Shown here: in pieces, positions 1-12,982 of the stretch
Position numbering within the stretch: the stretch's first letter is position 1
Layout: the number at the start of each line of letters is the position of its first letter
Assembly (NCBI RefSeq): GCF_006345805.1
Contig: NC_043001.1
Coordinates: forward strand, 1,302,001 to 1,366,000
Origin: Octopus sinensis
Taxonomy: Eukaryota
Reading direction: 5' to 3'
Length of the DNA: 64,000 nucleotides
Notes under the pieces: model-generated
Seen by the model: the letters and a program-made list of their open reading frames with translations, nothing else
Databases searched by the model: none
Told to the model about the DNA's origin: nothing
Position numbers and translations under genes: made by a program

Positions 1-199
1 ACATTAGCTCCTCACTCCATCCATCAAATTGATGTTTACCCCGAACAGGTGCACGGTGTGCCAAATGTCAGGTGTTGAAGTGATTGCAGAATAACGTGAG
101 ATGAAGTGTTTTGCTCAAGAACGCAATGTACCACCCAGTTCAGGAATTGGAACCATGATCACTAGATCATGAGTGCAACACCATAACCTCTAGGCCATG

Positions 200-204
<5 letters not shown>
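1..204 (-). mobile_element. tRNA-derived SINE (family 'C' in this window), cut by the window edge
   Basis: Minus strand reads aggtgcatggcctagaggttatggtgttgcactc (A-box-like), ggttccaattcc (B-box-like), then ttcttgagcaaaacacttcat. The same head recurs near 2025, 12258, 45880 and 58207. Confidence 0.7.
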
Positions 205-256
<52 letters not shown>

Positions 257-547
257 CTCATATTGTTCTTTCTGACTCATTTTGTTGCAACCCAGAGGCT
301 TTGGTCTGTGTGACCCTTCAGGCAATAAAAATATCCTATTTTTCCCTTAAAAGACCATTTATAATAATTGTGCGATTTATCAGCAACAAATCACTAAACA
401 AACTCATCTACAAGCCCTGAGTAACTTTCTTCCCTCTGTCTAGCATCTTTGGTTGGTACCTTCTACATTAGCCACGAGTTGATATGAATAAGTTAAACCC
501 ATTAAAAGTTTTGCTTTTACTTTCCATATTCATTTCCATTTTACCTT

Positions 548-820
548 TCACTCACTTATTTTAATTTTTCTTAATCTTTCCTCAAAACTCATTACATGAC
601 TCACCCAAGTCATCCCATTTCTCTTTGCAGCATCCATCAATGATCTTACACCTATCATCACCTGTAATTTGTCATTGTTTTCCTCCTTCCTGCTGATTGT
701 CTGCTCATCTATTCTACCATCCACATTTCCATTTTTTGTGGACCTCTCACCTGTTCTGCACCTGTTACCATATTTCCTTCCCATAAATCATAGCACTTCT
801 CATTCATGCAGCATAAACAT
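548..820 (-). mobile_element. Degenerate RTE-type LINE, C-terminal end of the ORF
   Basis: ORF 548-784 contains MIGVRSLMDAAKRNGMTWVSHVM, matching the RTE C-terminal pattern GVxxIxExxRxxRLRWxGHV also seen near 11390. Confidence 0.5.
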
Positions 821-2024
821 TTCCCTTCAGTAACCAAGTTAGATTATTCTTTAAAAAAATACCAAAAGGTTTGGATGGTCACAATCGGAATGCTTATGGT
901 CATAGATCTACTCGACCAGGTTTAACCTTGGGCTAAACAACAACAGTTCAGTATTAAGATAACTCCAAGACAAGAATAAGTCTTTATTTGATAAATACAC
1001 CTGTTATAGGATAAAGGCAGTTCTAGAGTGAACCACTCTGAGGGAATGAGAAACCATTATTATACTTTAATTCTGACTAGAAGCTACAACAGAATCGATA
1101 TTAACAAGCTGTGCCAAAAACACATCACTATTCTTAGGAGAGAAAAGACAAGCTATGGTAAGAGATTTTGTTTTGGAAAACAATTCCAGTATCTTGCAAC
1201 ACTGTCCATCCTAACACCTGGTTAAAATCAAAGCATAAGAGAATTAAAATCAATAATACTAAAAAAAAAAAAACAAATAGATAAAATAAAACTCGCGAAC
1301 ACATTTGTTATTTAATATTGTCTAAATTAATTCCAAAAAATAACATTCTTTCTCATCATCAAACAGATATTTTTCAACATTGCTTTCGTAATTTTTGCGT
1401 CACAGTTAATTTTGGGTGAAAAGAATTTCCCGAAGAAAGACTTCAAATAAAACTATCACAAACATACAAACAAAAAGAATTAAATTCTGTTTTAGATTAT
1501 TGATAAACCTATTAATCTGGGGCCTTGTGCAACAGATTTATTGGTTGAATCAGGGTGGGAAAATGGTTTGATGAAATTATATTAGACTCATGCATTTCTC
1601 AAGAACAGTCATCATCCTTATTTATTCCCATTTGAGCCTTAGATAAAGAGAATGTATAAGAGCAAAAATTTCCCAAACCATTTTGTCTTTCCATATTTTT
1701 AGACTGAAGTGTGTGATTAAACAAAGATTAGGCTGTTATTTCTAGAAAGCTTCAGGACTACTTAGAACTTCTATAGCAAATTTTAATAAAATAAAAGTGT
1801 AATATCTAAGAATCAGCACCGTGTGACGACCTCAGCTACATTAGAAAGTTAACCTCAGGGAAAGGATCACTCGGCTATATTAAATGTTTGTAGTAAAATC
1901 TTGGAGAAAGAAAGCAAACAACTTCAGTTTAGCCCTGAGCCAAACTTCATTCAGCAGACATTAGATCAATGAGATTCCAGCCATGACCATTGCATCTATT
2001 TTGACTTTTTAGAAATGATGTGTG

Positions 2025-2135
2025 AAGGCATGTGGCTTAGTAGTTATGGTGTTGCACTCCCAATTGCTATATCATGGGTTTGATTCCCAGGCTGGGTGGC
2101 ATGTGGTGTTCTTGTGCAAAACACTTCATTTTATA
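2025..2135 (+). mobile_element. SINE family C head fragment
   Basis: aaggcatgtggcttagtagttatggtgttgcactc...gggtttgattccc...gtgttcttgtgcaaaacacttcattt; homologous to 1-204. Confidence 0.7.
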
Positions 2136-2569
2136 ACTGTGTGTGCGTAAATGTAAACAGACAACTATTTTGTTTTTTTCTTCTTTTTTCTTTTATTAGA
2201 AGCTTTGAAATGTGAATTGTATGATACAAATAAGAAGATGATATTATTTCGAATGCAGAGTTGCCATTAGAACGGCAGAAATACCGGATAAATTACCGTT
2301 ACAAGGCGGAAAAATTTGTCAATGTTCCATTCTACTCAAATGGTAAAACGGGTAACCATGTTATGGAATAGTCTTCAGATCAGGGTAGGGAATGTTGGCC
2401 TGCTCACCAAGCCATTGGGGTGGCATCATTGACAAGCTAAAAACAATGTGAAGTGCATTGTGACCAGTGATGTATAACAACAACCAACAGTCTGGTCAAT
2501 ACTGTGATACTGCGGAAAATGAATGGCAAAGTATAGATGTTGCTGGTGTTGTTGTTAAGCAACAAGACA

Positions 2570-3080
2570 GGTAAGGGTGATTAGGTGATGGTCTAGGGCT
2601 TAGGGGTGGGAGACCCCAGACCTTGGGAAAAGAAAGAAAACTTTGGTCATCTTGTTGTAGTCGAGGGCTCTTCGTTGATGCCCGACACCACTGGGAGGTG
2701 GTCCTCGAAGTCGCTGGAAATGGAGATCTCCAGGTTCAAATTCTTGGACAGCAGAATAGATGTATGCGAAGTGATGTGGTTTATGAGAGTGAGTTATAAA
2801 AGTGAGAGGTGGGTGATGGGGGTGTAACAGCTGGGATGGTCAGAAAGAAGAGATATGAGATTAGGTTGAATGGTTTAGGGAGGAATCACTGAGAGAGGAA
2901 GACAACAATGAGGAAAATAAAGCCACTGATGAATGTTGTAAAAGGAAATGGGATGAAATAGATAAGTCATGTGCTACAAAAAGAGGAAAGTGATTGGATG
3001 TGAGGAGTTATGGGAGGAACAGCGAGGGTGGGAAGCCAGTGGAGGAGTTGTTGATTGGGCAGAAATGACAAGAATGTCAT
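2570..3080 (-). mobile_element. Possible very old Penelope-like relic (N-terminal region)
   Basis: Minus-strand peptides PNLISLLSDHP and SILLSKNLN resemble the Penelope N-terminal LLSKGLNF region. The plus strand is purine-rich like 31150-31560. Weak. Confidence 0.25.
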
Positions 3081-5021
3081 CACCCATAACTGCCTGATTT
3101 TCAGAGAAACACAAAAGTAAACAAACACACAGAAAAACACACAGATATACGAAAGGCTTCTTTCGGTTTCCATCTTTTAAATCTCCTGGTGTTATAATGG
3201 AAAGCAATTGTCCAAGCTACTTTGTACTGAGATTGAACCTGAACCACACAGTCAGACATTATAGGTGTAAGTATGAATGTGCAATTGAGAAGTTTGCTTC
3301 TCAAACCACAGACTTGTCTCCACCTATAAAATGTAAAAAAAAAAAAGCAAAAAAAAAACATGTTGGATAATGTAATCTGAGGTAGACAATTTCTGAATTA
3401 CAAAGAGATTATGGGATGATCACGAGTTGAATGCTTTTCATTTTATGTTGACTGGATCTGGTTTAACCTTGGGCTAAACACCTCAAACATCATAGATAGC
3501 AAGCTAATGAAGGAGCTTCTATGCTATCACTGAATATGCTAGAAGTAAATGCCAAATCCTCCTAAAGTCTTAAAGGAAGACAGGCAGATTGAATAAGTTA
3601 ATCCTAACTACACTTCCAAGGAGAAAAAAGATCAGATTGGTCATGGGTGGAATGCCTTTGATAGGCTTAATTATGGATGTGCTTGTACAATTACAAAAGA
3701 ACAAAGAAAGAAATTTGTTTGACTAAAAAATCTCCATTGTATTGTTGGAGATATGTCAAATGATACAGGTAAACGAGAGAAGTAAATGTGCTTAATGACA
3801 ATTTAATTCTAAAAGTACAAATAATAAGATCTTTGATAATGGAAGAATAAAGATTAATTACGATTCTAATCCTCTCTTTCAGTTAGATGTTTAGTTTTCA
3901 GGTAATTTATTTTAGCGTTGTGTGTAAATCAAAGGATGATGCACTTTCGAATTGAGACTCACTAAATTCTTCACTCATTTGTCACATTTTTTATTCTTTA
4001 ATCTGTCAAAGAGAAGAGTTATTACAGTTGGTATTTTATGGTGAACAGCAGTTGTTGTTGTTGTTGCTTTCAGACAGTCTGTGAGTGAATCTGCCAGAAG
4101 GAAAATGAAAGAAGCCTGTTGTACATATACCAGCATCATCATCATAGTGTCCCCTTTTTAATGCTCACATGGCTTGGATGGAACCCATTGAGGCAGATTT
4201 TCTCAGACTAGCTGCTTTTCCTATCACTAACCCTCATTTGTTTCCAGGCAAGGAAATATTTCCCGATGGCCAGACATGTTTTCATGGAAGATTGGAAGGG
4301 AAGGACATCACTTGTATGACAGTGATGTTCATTTAAAACTATCATGTGATGGCTAGACTAGGAGATACAAACATGCATACACAAACAAATAAATATACAA
4401 GTTTCCTCCTTCCAAATCCACTCCCAAGCCTTTGGCTAGCATGATGCTATATTAGAACAAAATACCCTTGCCCAAGGTGCCATGCAGTGGGATTGAACTG
4501 CAAATCACATATAATTAGTCATTCATTTTTGTAAATGTTTTACCATGCTAACATGGCTTCGACAAATATACTGCTGAGATGCATTTCCTGTTGCTAACCC
4601 TTACCAGTTCTCCAAGAAAGAAATCTCTCATTTCATATGGAAGGTATGAAGCAAGACAATGATTTCTTGGTGAGAGAAGCTACACCAGTGAACACCTCTC
4701 ATAACTTGTGACTTTGATTGAGTACAAATGTCAACAGACACTCTTGCACACTTACACATCCACAGGCACACTTACACATCCACATGCTTACACACACTTC
4801 GATGGTTGGACAGGAACTGCCTGGGCTCCATGTCTGTTTTTGTATAGCTTCTATGACTGGATGTCCCTTCTGACACCATATGTGGTTTCTTTCAGTTTCC
4901 ACCAACTAAATTCACTCCCAAGGCTTTCATCAACTTGGGGTTGTGAACTGAAAACCACATGGCTGGGAAGTGAACTTCTAAAGCAAACAGCCATTCCTGT
5001 ACCGGTAATGTGTATAGGCAT

Positions 5022-5054
<33 letters not shown>

Positions 5055-5486
5055 TCCTTCTCTTTAACATTATGAACCAACTGTAAACAAGCATCACTGT
5101 CCTTCAAGTGGTGTTGTTTCTAAGCAATATCTTGTGATAAAATGTCAGTCCTGTTTGTCCTGTTTGTCCTGAAGGGCCAAGAGAAACTATTACTTGGAAA
5201 CGAGGTTTAGGAACAAGGAAGAGCACTGAGTCATGGAAAACGTAGTTTAATCAATTTCATCTGATCAATGCAGGCTTAGAAAAGGGCATGTTATAATGAT
5301 GCCATTGATAAGTCCTCCCTTATCAAGGAGACCTACAATTAAAGACGTTCCAACCATGACCAACCTATTTATTTTCAGTAGTTTATCTTGGATTACATTA
5401 TTCAATGTTCTTGTTGCATGATGTTAATATTTTTGTCAATCCCTAGTTTAACCCCGATAGAACAGAGTTATAATCGAGAGGGAGAA

Positions 5487-5535
<49 letters not shown>

Positions 5536-8500
5536 AGGAGGAAGAGAGAGAGAGATGATGAATTTCAGCTCAATGTACAGATTATGTTGCAAAATTGTAA
5601 TATAGAGTTAATGCCATAAAAACATGAGATTAGATGCCCCATGGACAAAATTCCTCCAAGACTGCATGTGGCCTGAAAGCTGCTCTTGTTTGCCCAAATC
5701 TGCTGATATAATAAGAGTTATTTTATTGCCTCAGAAGTTTCCTCCTACCTTGGAGATCTGAATGACTGAATAATTGGATAATTAGAGCTTAATTTGAATT
5801 GTTGCAAGTAAGCAAGCTGTCTAATTACCTACCTGGACAGACAGATGAAGACAGGAGGGAAATAGAGGAAGGAAAAGTGAGAAACAAATAAATGTTATGT
5901 AGACATATTAATAACTAAAAGAAAAAAAACACATACACAGTGACTGTATGTAAGTATAACTTGGTGCCATGTGGCGTCCCTTTCCTAAGTTTTTGGTGCC
6001 TATTTCATCACAAGCAAAAATACTGTCTCTTTCAGTCTTTCCATCCATGACACAGTAGAAGATCAAGTATGAGATGATGTGAGGGCAGCACTGGCATTCA
6101 GTTAATACTCGTTGTCACTTGAATAGAATGTAGTAATGTGTAAGAAAGTGCCTTGTACAAATATACAACACATTGTCTAGGCCAGGAATTGAACTCACAG
6201 CTTTTGGTCATGAAAACAACACCCTAATCACTGGGTCATGCAGGCAGTCAAGGAAAATAAGTTTTATGGAAGGAGCCTTGAGTAAAGTATGAAATACAGA
6301 GAATTTTGAAATTCTTAGATTTTGATTTGCCAACATATGTCGGAACAAATGGCATTTGAGCAGAAGCATCGTTGGCAGTTTCAGTTGTAATATGACAAGG
6401 TACAATTACATGTAACTTGTTTATGTTCAGTCAAGCATGAAAGGAGCTTTGTGGTGGGAACTGTCTTGGGTGAAAAAGTCTTCCGATATCCAATGTTTGT
6501 GAAAAACGCACCAATGGGCTATGAATGATGTCATTGAACCATAGGACATGTGTTTCTGCGTTGCTAATGTTTCATCAGAGATGGACACCGAATCTGCTAA
6601 ACACGGCCCATTAAGAACTGCTGTTTCAGGAGCTGAACAGTAAATTTGGTGATGCGTGCAAAGCTTTGTCAAGCTGGAATTAATCAAAAGGAGGAATACT
6701 AAGAAGTGTTGATTAAAATAAAGGTGTGTACAATTATCTTTAACAGGTTGGCATATGCTGAAATGTGGAAAGATTTTGCTGCAGAAATTGTTTTAGGAGA
6801 GAAGTATGAAAATTCATAGAAGTTCCAATGATATTTACCAATAAATGCGGAAGAGTGACAAAAATGATAGAGCCTTGCAAAAATGCCCTACAGTATTTAC
6901 TTTTCACGATCAAATCCCAAAGAGATCGACTTCATACCATATATATTTTATCTCCCAGGAGTTATTGATAAAATATATACACAAGCTATATACTGAGGCC
7001 TACAATTTGTAGCCTTGCACCTTGAGAGAAATCAATATTGTATATTATAGAGATTATAGCATTTTTTAAATGTATTTGGGGGTTTTGTCTGTTGTTTTTG
7101 AAATGGAGAACAGTTTTTGTTGATGCCATATAAAATGGTATCTTACACAAACATGATGTTGCAAACTTTTAAAGAATCGGCCATGATAAATAGTGACTTT
7201 ATTTTCTTTCTTAAGGCCATAAACAAGGCAATTAAAACTCATATAAAATATAAAAATAAATTAAATAAAATTATTAAAATAATAAAAACACAATAAAACG
7301 GATGGTTTACTTAATCATACATCTCTATCTACCTTTAAGGCTGAAAAATAATGCTTTAGGGATGGGAATTTGGGGGGAAGACGTTTTACTTTTTTTCCCT
7401 ACATCCTCTTCCTGTAATATTCAATATCTAATAGCGATAGGACCAATTTTTTTTCAATATAGTTACTTGCTTTCAAAGGATAGAAAGATTTCAAATATTT
7501 CCTTGTCATATACTGTCATTTTTCTTCCTTTTTTTTATAGCAGAAATGTTTATTTTTAATCAACAAAAGCTAATATATTATCTATCGATAGGAGAGATTG
7601 CTTTCATTTCACCCACTTTATATCTCATCAATTAAATAAACTTGCCAAATAGGAAAGCTAAAATATCAAGCAACAGCAAAAATGTAGATGTGGATTTTTA
7701 GCCTCTATTTTTAATCCAGGAATCCCTAAAGGATATCTAGTTTGTCATTGAATATAGATGCCGTTTCATAGCATGGACCCCTACAATAATAATTTAGAGA
7801 ATCGAATGTATTCAAAGACAAAATTTGGTAACACCCTAACTCCATCACTAACTACCAAACTAAGAGGGGATGTTGGAACTTCCTCTAGTTCACCTCACCC
7901 CACCAGTTTTTGTTAAATGTTAAGACCAATATTATCAAAAACATCATCATCATCATCATCGTTTAGCGTCCGTTTTCCATGCTAGCATGGGTTGGACGGT
8001 TGGACTTATTCTAAATTAATAAGCATTCCTTCATTAACCAAATGTACAAAAAATTATTTAATAGAAATAAGTTACATTTTTACTACTAATACAACAAATT
8101 TAATTCCTAATAAGCCTTCGAAATTAATGTAACTCTACTTGCAGAGATATTAAAACATGAAATGCTGAAGCAATGATATGTGAAGCAGCAGTTACCTCCA
8201 CCAAACTAAATCTTGTAGTGTTAAACACTATAATGAATACGAATGTGTGTAATCCACCAAGTAAAAGTTGATAAAAACAAAAACTGGAAGATATGCACAC
8301 ACACGTACACAAAACCACATACGCACACACATACATACAATGTAGAAATCTTCACATAAATGTTATTTCAGTTTAAAGATAAGTGAATTACTTTTGAAAG
8401 AGAAAAGAATTTTTATTTTTGTATAATTATTATATGCACTTCTGAGAAGGAAAACAGGCAAAGAGTGAACGTGTAAAATGAATAAGTGCATGTATACGCG

Positions 8501-8964
8501 CAAACATAAATATGCACAGAAACACTAATATAAATACATACACACATATAAATACATATGGACATGCATGAAATAGATAGAAATAAGGAACACAAAGTAT
8601 GTGAGTGCATACATATATATATATATGCATACACATATTAATACACAAATACACACATATATATACTACACACATACATTCACTCCTCATCTGTTTTCAC
8701 TCTTAGAAGTATATATATTAATTTGAAAAAAGAAAATAAAGTGTGATTTCTTTGTTAGTTCCAAACTCATTGACTGGTTCTTTAAATTTAAATAACTTTT
8801 ACATGAAACTATTTTTACCTTTTATCACACTATTTTAACTGAATGCAGACAGTCCAAAAGGAGGTTTTAATGGTCTTTTAGTTCAATATGAATTAAGAAG
8901 TTTATTTTGTCTGGTTAACAATTTAGTCAAATTCACTTATGTCATATCATCATAGACTTGATAA

Positions 8965-9410
<446 letters not shown>

Positions 9411-9412
<2 letters not shown>

Positions 9413-10689
9413 AAATAGATGAACATCAATGGAATCTGTATCTTTGTGGTACCAGTGCCGGTGGCACACACTTTGTGGTACCAGTGCCGGTGGCACACAT
9501 GAGAACCATCCGAACGTGGCCGTAGCCAGTTCCGCATCGACCGGCCTCCGTGCTGTGGGCACGTAACAAACACCATCCGATCATGGCCGTTCGCCAGCCT
9601 CATCTGGCACCTGTGTCGGTGGCACATAAAAACACCTTCCGAAGACCCGGCAAGACTAGTCAGTCCACCTGTGCATACATTCCTTCCTTCTTGTGACACT
9701 TGTGAAGACCGGTTGAGGCAAGTGAAAATCAAATCAAATCAAATCAAAATAGACAAAATAGATGAACATCAATGGAATTTGTATCTTGTGGTACCAGTGC
9801 CTGTGGCACACAAGAAATCCATCAGTGCCGTAGTCAGTGCGGTGGGCACATGACAAACACCATCCGATCGTGGCCGTTCGCCAGCCTCATCTAGCACCTG
9901 TGTCGGTGGCACATAAAAACACCATCCGAAGACCCGGCAAGACTAGTCAGGCCATAACCCATGGCCCCTACCTGGGACGTAGTCAGTCCACCTGTGCATA
10001 CCTTCCTTCTTGTGACACTTGTGAAGACCTGTTGAGGCAAGTGAAAATCAAATCAAATCAAAACAAATCAAAATAGATGAACATCAATGGAATTTGTATC
10101 TTTGTGGTACCAGTGCCGGTGGCACGTGGCACATAAGAAAACCATCCGAACGTGGCCGTAGCCAGTACCGCATCGACTGGCCTCCGTGCTGTGGGCACGT
10201 AACAAGCACCATCTGATCGTGGCCGTTTGCCAGCCTCATCTGGCACCTGTGTCAGTGGCACATAAAAACACCATCCGAGCGTGGCCGTCTGCCAGCCTCG
10301 TCTGGCACCTGTGTCGGTGGCACATAAAAACACCATCCGAGCGTGGCCGTCTGCCAGCCTCGTCTGGCACCTGTGTCGGTGGCACATAAAAAACACCATC
10401 CGAGCGTGGCCGTCTGCCAGCCTCATCTGGCACCTGTGTCGGTGGCACATAAAAAACACCATCCGAGCGTGGCCGTTTGTCAGCCTCGTCTGGCACCTGT
10501 GTCGGTGGCACATAAAATCACCCACTACACTCTCGGAGTGGTTGGCGTTAGGAAGGGCATCCAGCTGTAGAAACACTGCCAGATCTGACTGGACTGGTGC
10601 AGCTTTCGGGCTCCCCAGACCCCAGTTGAACCGTCCAACCCATGCTAGCATGGAAAGCGGACGTTGAATGATGATGATGATGATGATGA

Positions 10690-10691
<2 letters not shown>
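9411..10691 (+). mobile_element. RTE LINE 3' UTR/tail copy with internal tandem amplification
   Basis: Homologous (inverted) to the 3' UTR of the RTE at 10721-11220. Block caaaatagatgaacatcaatgg starts at 9411, 9754 and 10069. Ends in cccatgctagcatggaaagcggacgttga followed by (ATG)n. Confidence 0.85.
10241..10516 (+). repeat. 62-63 bp GC-rich minisatellite within the RTE 3' UTR
   Basis: Unit tggcacctgtgtcggtggcacataaaaacaccatccgagcgtggccgtctgccagcctcgtc starts at 10241, 10303, 10365, 10428 and 10491 (last one partial). Confidence 0.95.
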
Positions 10692-10720
<29 letters not shown>

Positions 10721-10723
<3 letters not shown>

Positions 10724-12232
10724 TCATCATCGTTTAATGTCCGTTTTCCATGCTAGCATGGGTTGGACGGTTCAACTGGGGTCTGGGAAGCCAGAAGGCT
10801 GTGCCAGGCCCAGTTTGATTTGGCAGTGTTTCTACAGCTGGATGCCCTTCCTAACACCAACCACTCCGTGAGTGTAATGGGTGCTTTTTACGTGCCACCT
10901 GCACAGGTGCCAGACAAGGCTAGCAAACGGCCATGATCGGATGGTGCTTTTTACATGCCACCAGCACGGAGGCCAGTCGGGGTGGCACTGGCAAAGGCCA
11001 CGTTCGGATGGTTCTCTTACGTGCCACCGGCAGTAGTATCACAGCTACAATTTCCATTGATGTTGATTGATTTCGATTTTGATTTTCACTTGCCTCAACA
11101 GGTCTTCACATGTAGGGTTTGTGTCACAAGAAAGAAAAGTATGCATAAGTGGACTGGCTACATCCCAGGTAGAGGCCATGGGTTATGGTCTCACTTGTCC
11201 TGCCAGGTCTTCACACGCACAGTATACTTCCAAAGGTCTCGGTCTCTGGTCGACCTAAAGTTAGAAGGTCATGCTTCACCACCTCGTCCCCGGTTTTCCT
11301 GGGTCAATCTCTTCTACAGGTTCCCTCAACTGCTAGAGTGTTGCACTTTTTCACACAACTATCTTCATCCATTCTCACTACATGACCATACCAGCACAAA
11401 CATCTCTCTTGCACACCACAACTGATGCTTCTTATGTCCAACTTTTCTCTCAAGGTACTTACACTCTGCCGAGTATGAACACAGACATTACACATCTATC
11501 GGAGCATACTGGCTTCATTTCTTGCGAGCTTATGCATATTCTCAGCAGTCACGGCCCACGTTTCACTGCCATGTAGCATGGCTGTTCATACACATACGTC
11601 ATACAGTCTGCCTTTTATTCTGATTGAGAGGCCTTTTGTCCCCAGCAGAGGTGAGAGCTCTCTGAGTTTTGCCCAGGCTATTCTTACTCTAGCAGTTACA
11701 CTTTCAGCACCCCCATCCCCACTACTGACTTGGTCACCTAGGTAATGGAAGCTATCAACAATTTCTAGTTTTTCTCCCTGGAATGTAGTGGAAGTTGGTC
11801 TCTGCGCATTTTCAGTGTTTATTGCTCCTGAGCATCTGCCACATACAAAGACTATCTTCCCAGTTAGCCTTCCTTTGACATTGCTGCACCTCTTATGTGT
11901 CCATAGCTTACACTGGGTACATCTTATAGAGTTTCTACCTACAACTCTCCTACAGATTGAGCAGGGCCATCTACCTGAAGGCATTTGTGATTTGCCTGCC
12001 TTCCTACATATTAGGACTTTGATTTTAGCTAGGTTGATTTTAAGGCCCTTCGATTCTAATACTTGTCTCCACACTTGAAACTTTGCCTCTTGTTCTGATA
12101 GTGACTCAGCAATTAGAGCAAGGTCATCAGCATAGAGGAGCTCCCAGGGGCATCCTGTCTTGAATTCCTCCGTTATTGCCAGGAGGACTATGATAAATAG
12201 GAGGGGGCTGAGGACTGAACCTTGGTGGACCC
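10721..12232 (-). mobile_element. 5'-truncated RTE-clade LINE (C-terminal half of RT, 3' UTR, (ATG)n tail)
   Basis: Minus strand: VHQGSVLSPLLFII, ELLYADDLALIAES, GLKINLAK, PHD insert, FHYLGD, ARVRIAWAKLREL, MLHGSETW, WYGHVVRM, with a few in-frame stops. Tail tcatcatcatcgtttaa at 10721. Confidence 0.93.
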
Positions 12233-12257
12233 TTATATGTGTATGTGTGTATTGTAA

Positions 12258-12380
12258 AGGTACATGACTTTGTGGTTAATGTGTTGCACTCATAATCACC
12301 AGATTGAGGGTTTAATTCTTGGACTGAGTGGCATATTGTGTTCTTGAGCAATGCACATTTCATTTCATGTTGCTCTAGTG
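12258..12380 (+). mobile_element. SINE family C head fragment
   Basis: aggtacatgactttgtggttaatgtgttgcactc...gtgttcttgagcaatgcac...atttcatgttgctctag. Confidence 0.6.
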
Positions 12381-12777
12381 CTATGTAGGGAATAGCATGT
12401 CAAAGAATGGACCCATCATTTCTTCTGTGTATTGTAAAAAGATGACTAAAAGGGGTTGAAGCAGAATTTTCACTCTGACCTCATAAAATCCTCATCAGCA
12501 GTAACTAGCTGAACAGAGATAAGGGTGAGGGCTGTCACCCGCATGGTACAAAGGCATCACCTGCCAGCAGTAGCTGGGAATCACCAACAACTGGTGGATA
12601 CAGTGATGTGTTATTACAGGGCATGTGGCCCCCATACTACTACTACTACGTTTATATGTGTGTGTGTGTGTGTGTATTATTTCCACACTGTTTAACAACA
12701 GTTGTTGGTTTCTTTTGGTTCATTTATGTCCCTGTAACACAGGTCTGACAAAAAGACAGATAGAATATCAGACTTAA

Positions 12778-12982
12778 ATGGGTGTGCAAAGCCGAAAATG
12801 GCTGCCATTTAAGCGATGTCATTTTTTCATATGTGATGTAGTGGTGTTGCACAAAATTTGACTTGTGCATATCAATTTCCATTGTGTCCTTTAAATTGTA
12901 TCATAATTTCGTGCATTTATTTGTAAAGTTAAGGAGATTATTAAAAATTGAAACCCCTCAGTGACTTTTGGGACACTCCGTA
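12778..12982. mobile_element. Possible Tc1/mariner-type non-autonomous remnant
   Basis: Right end gacttttgggacactccgTA resembles the reverse of a TA-CAGGGTGTCCCAAAAG-type mariner terminal inverted repeat (TIR). The left end gggtgtgcaaag is only a partial match. Confidence 0.4.

Noticed and set aside
10241-10516. CRISPR-like regular array
   Set aside because: Units repeat in full with no unique spacers, there are no cas genes, and the context is a eukaryotic LINE 3' UTR.
12455-12505. Minus-strand CTGATGA...GAAA hammerhead candidate
   Set aside because: Stem II does not abut the GAAA and there is no credible stem III.
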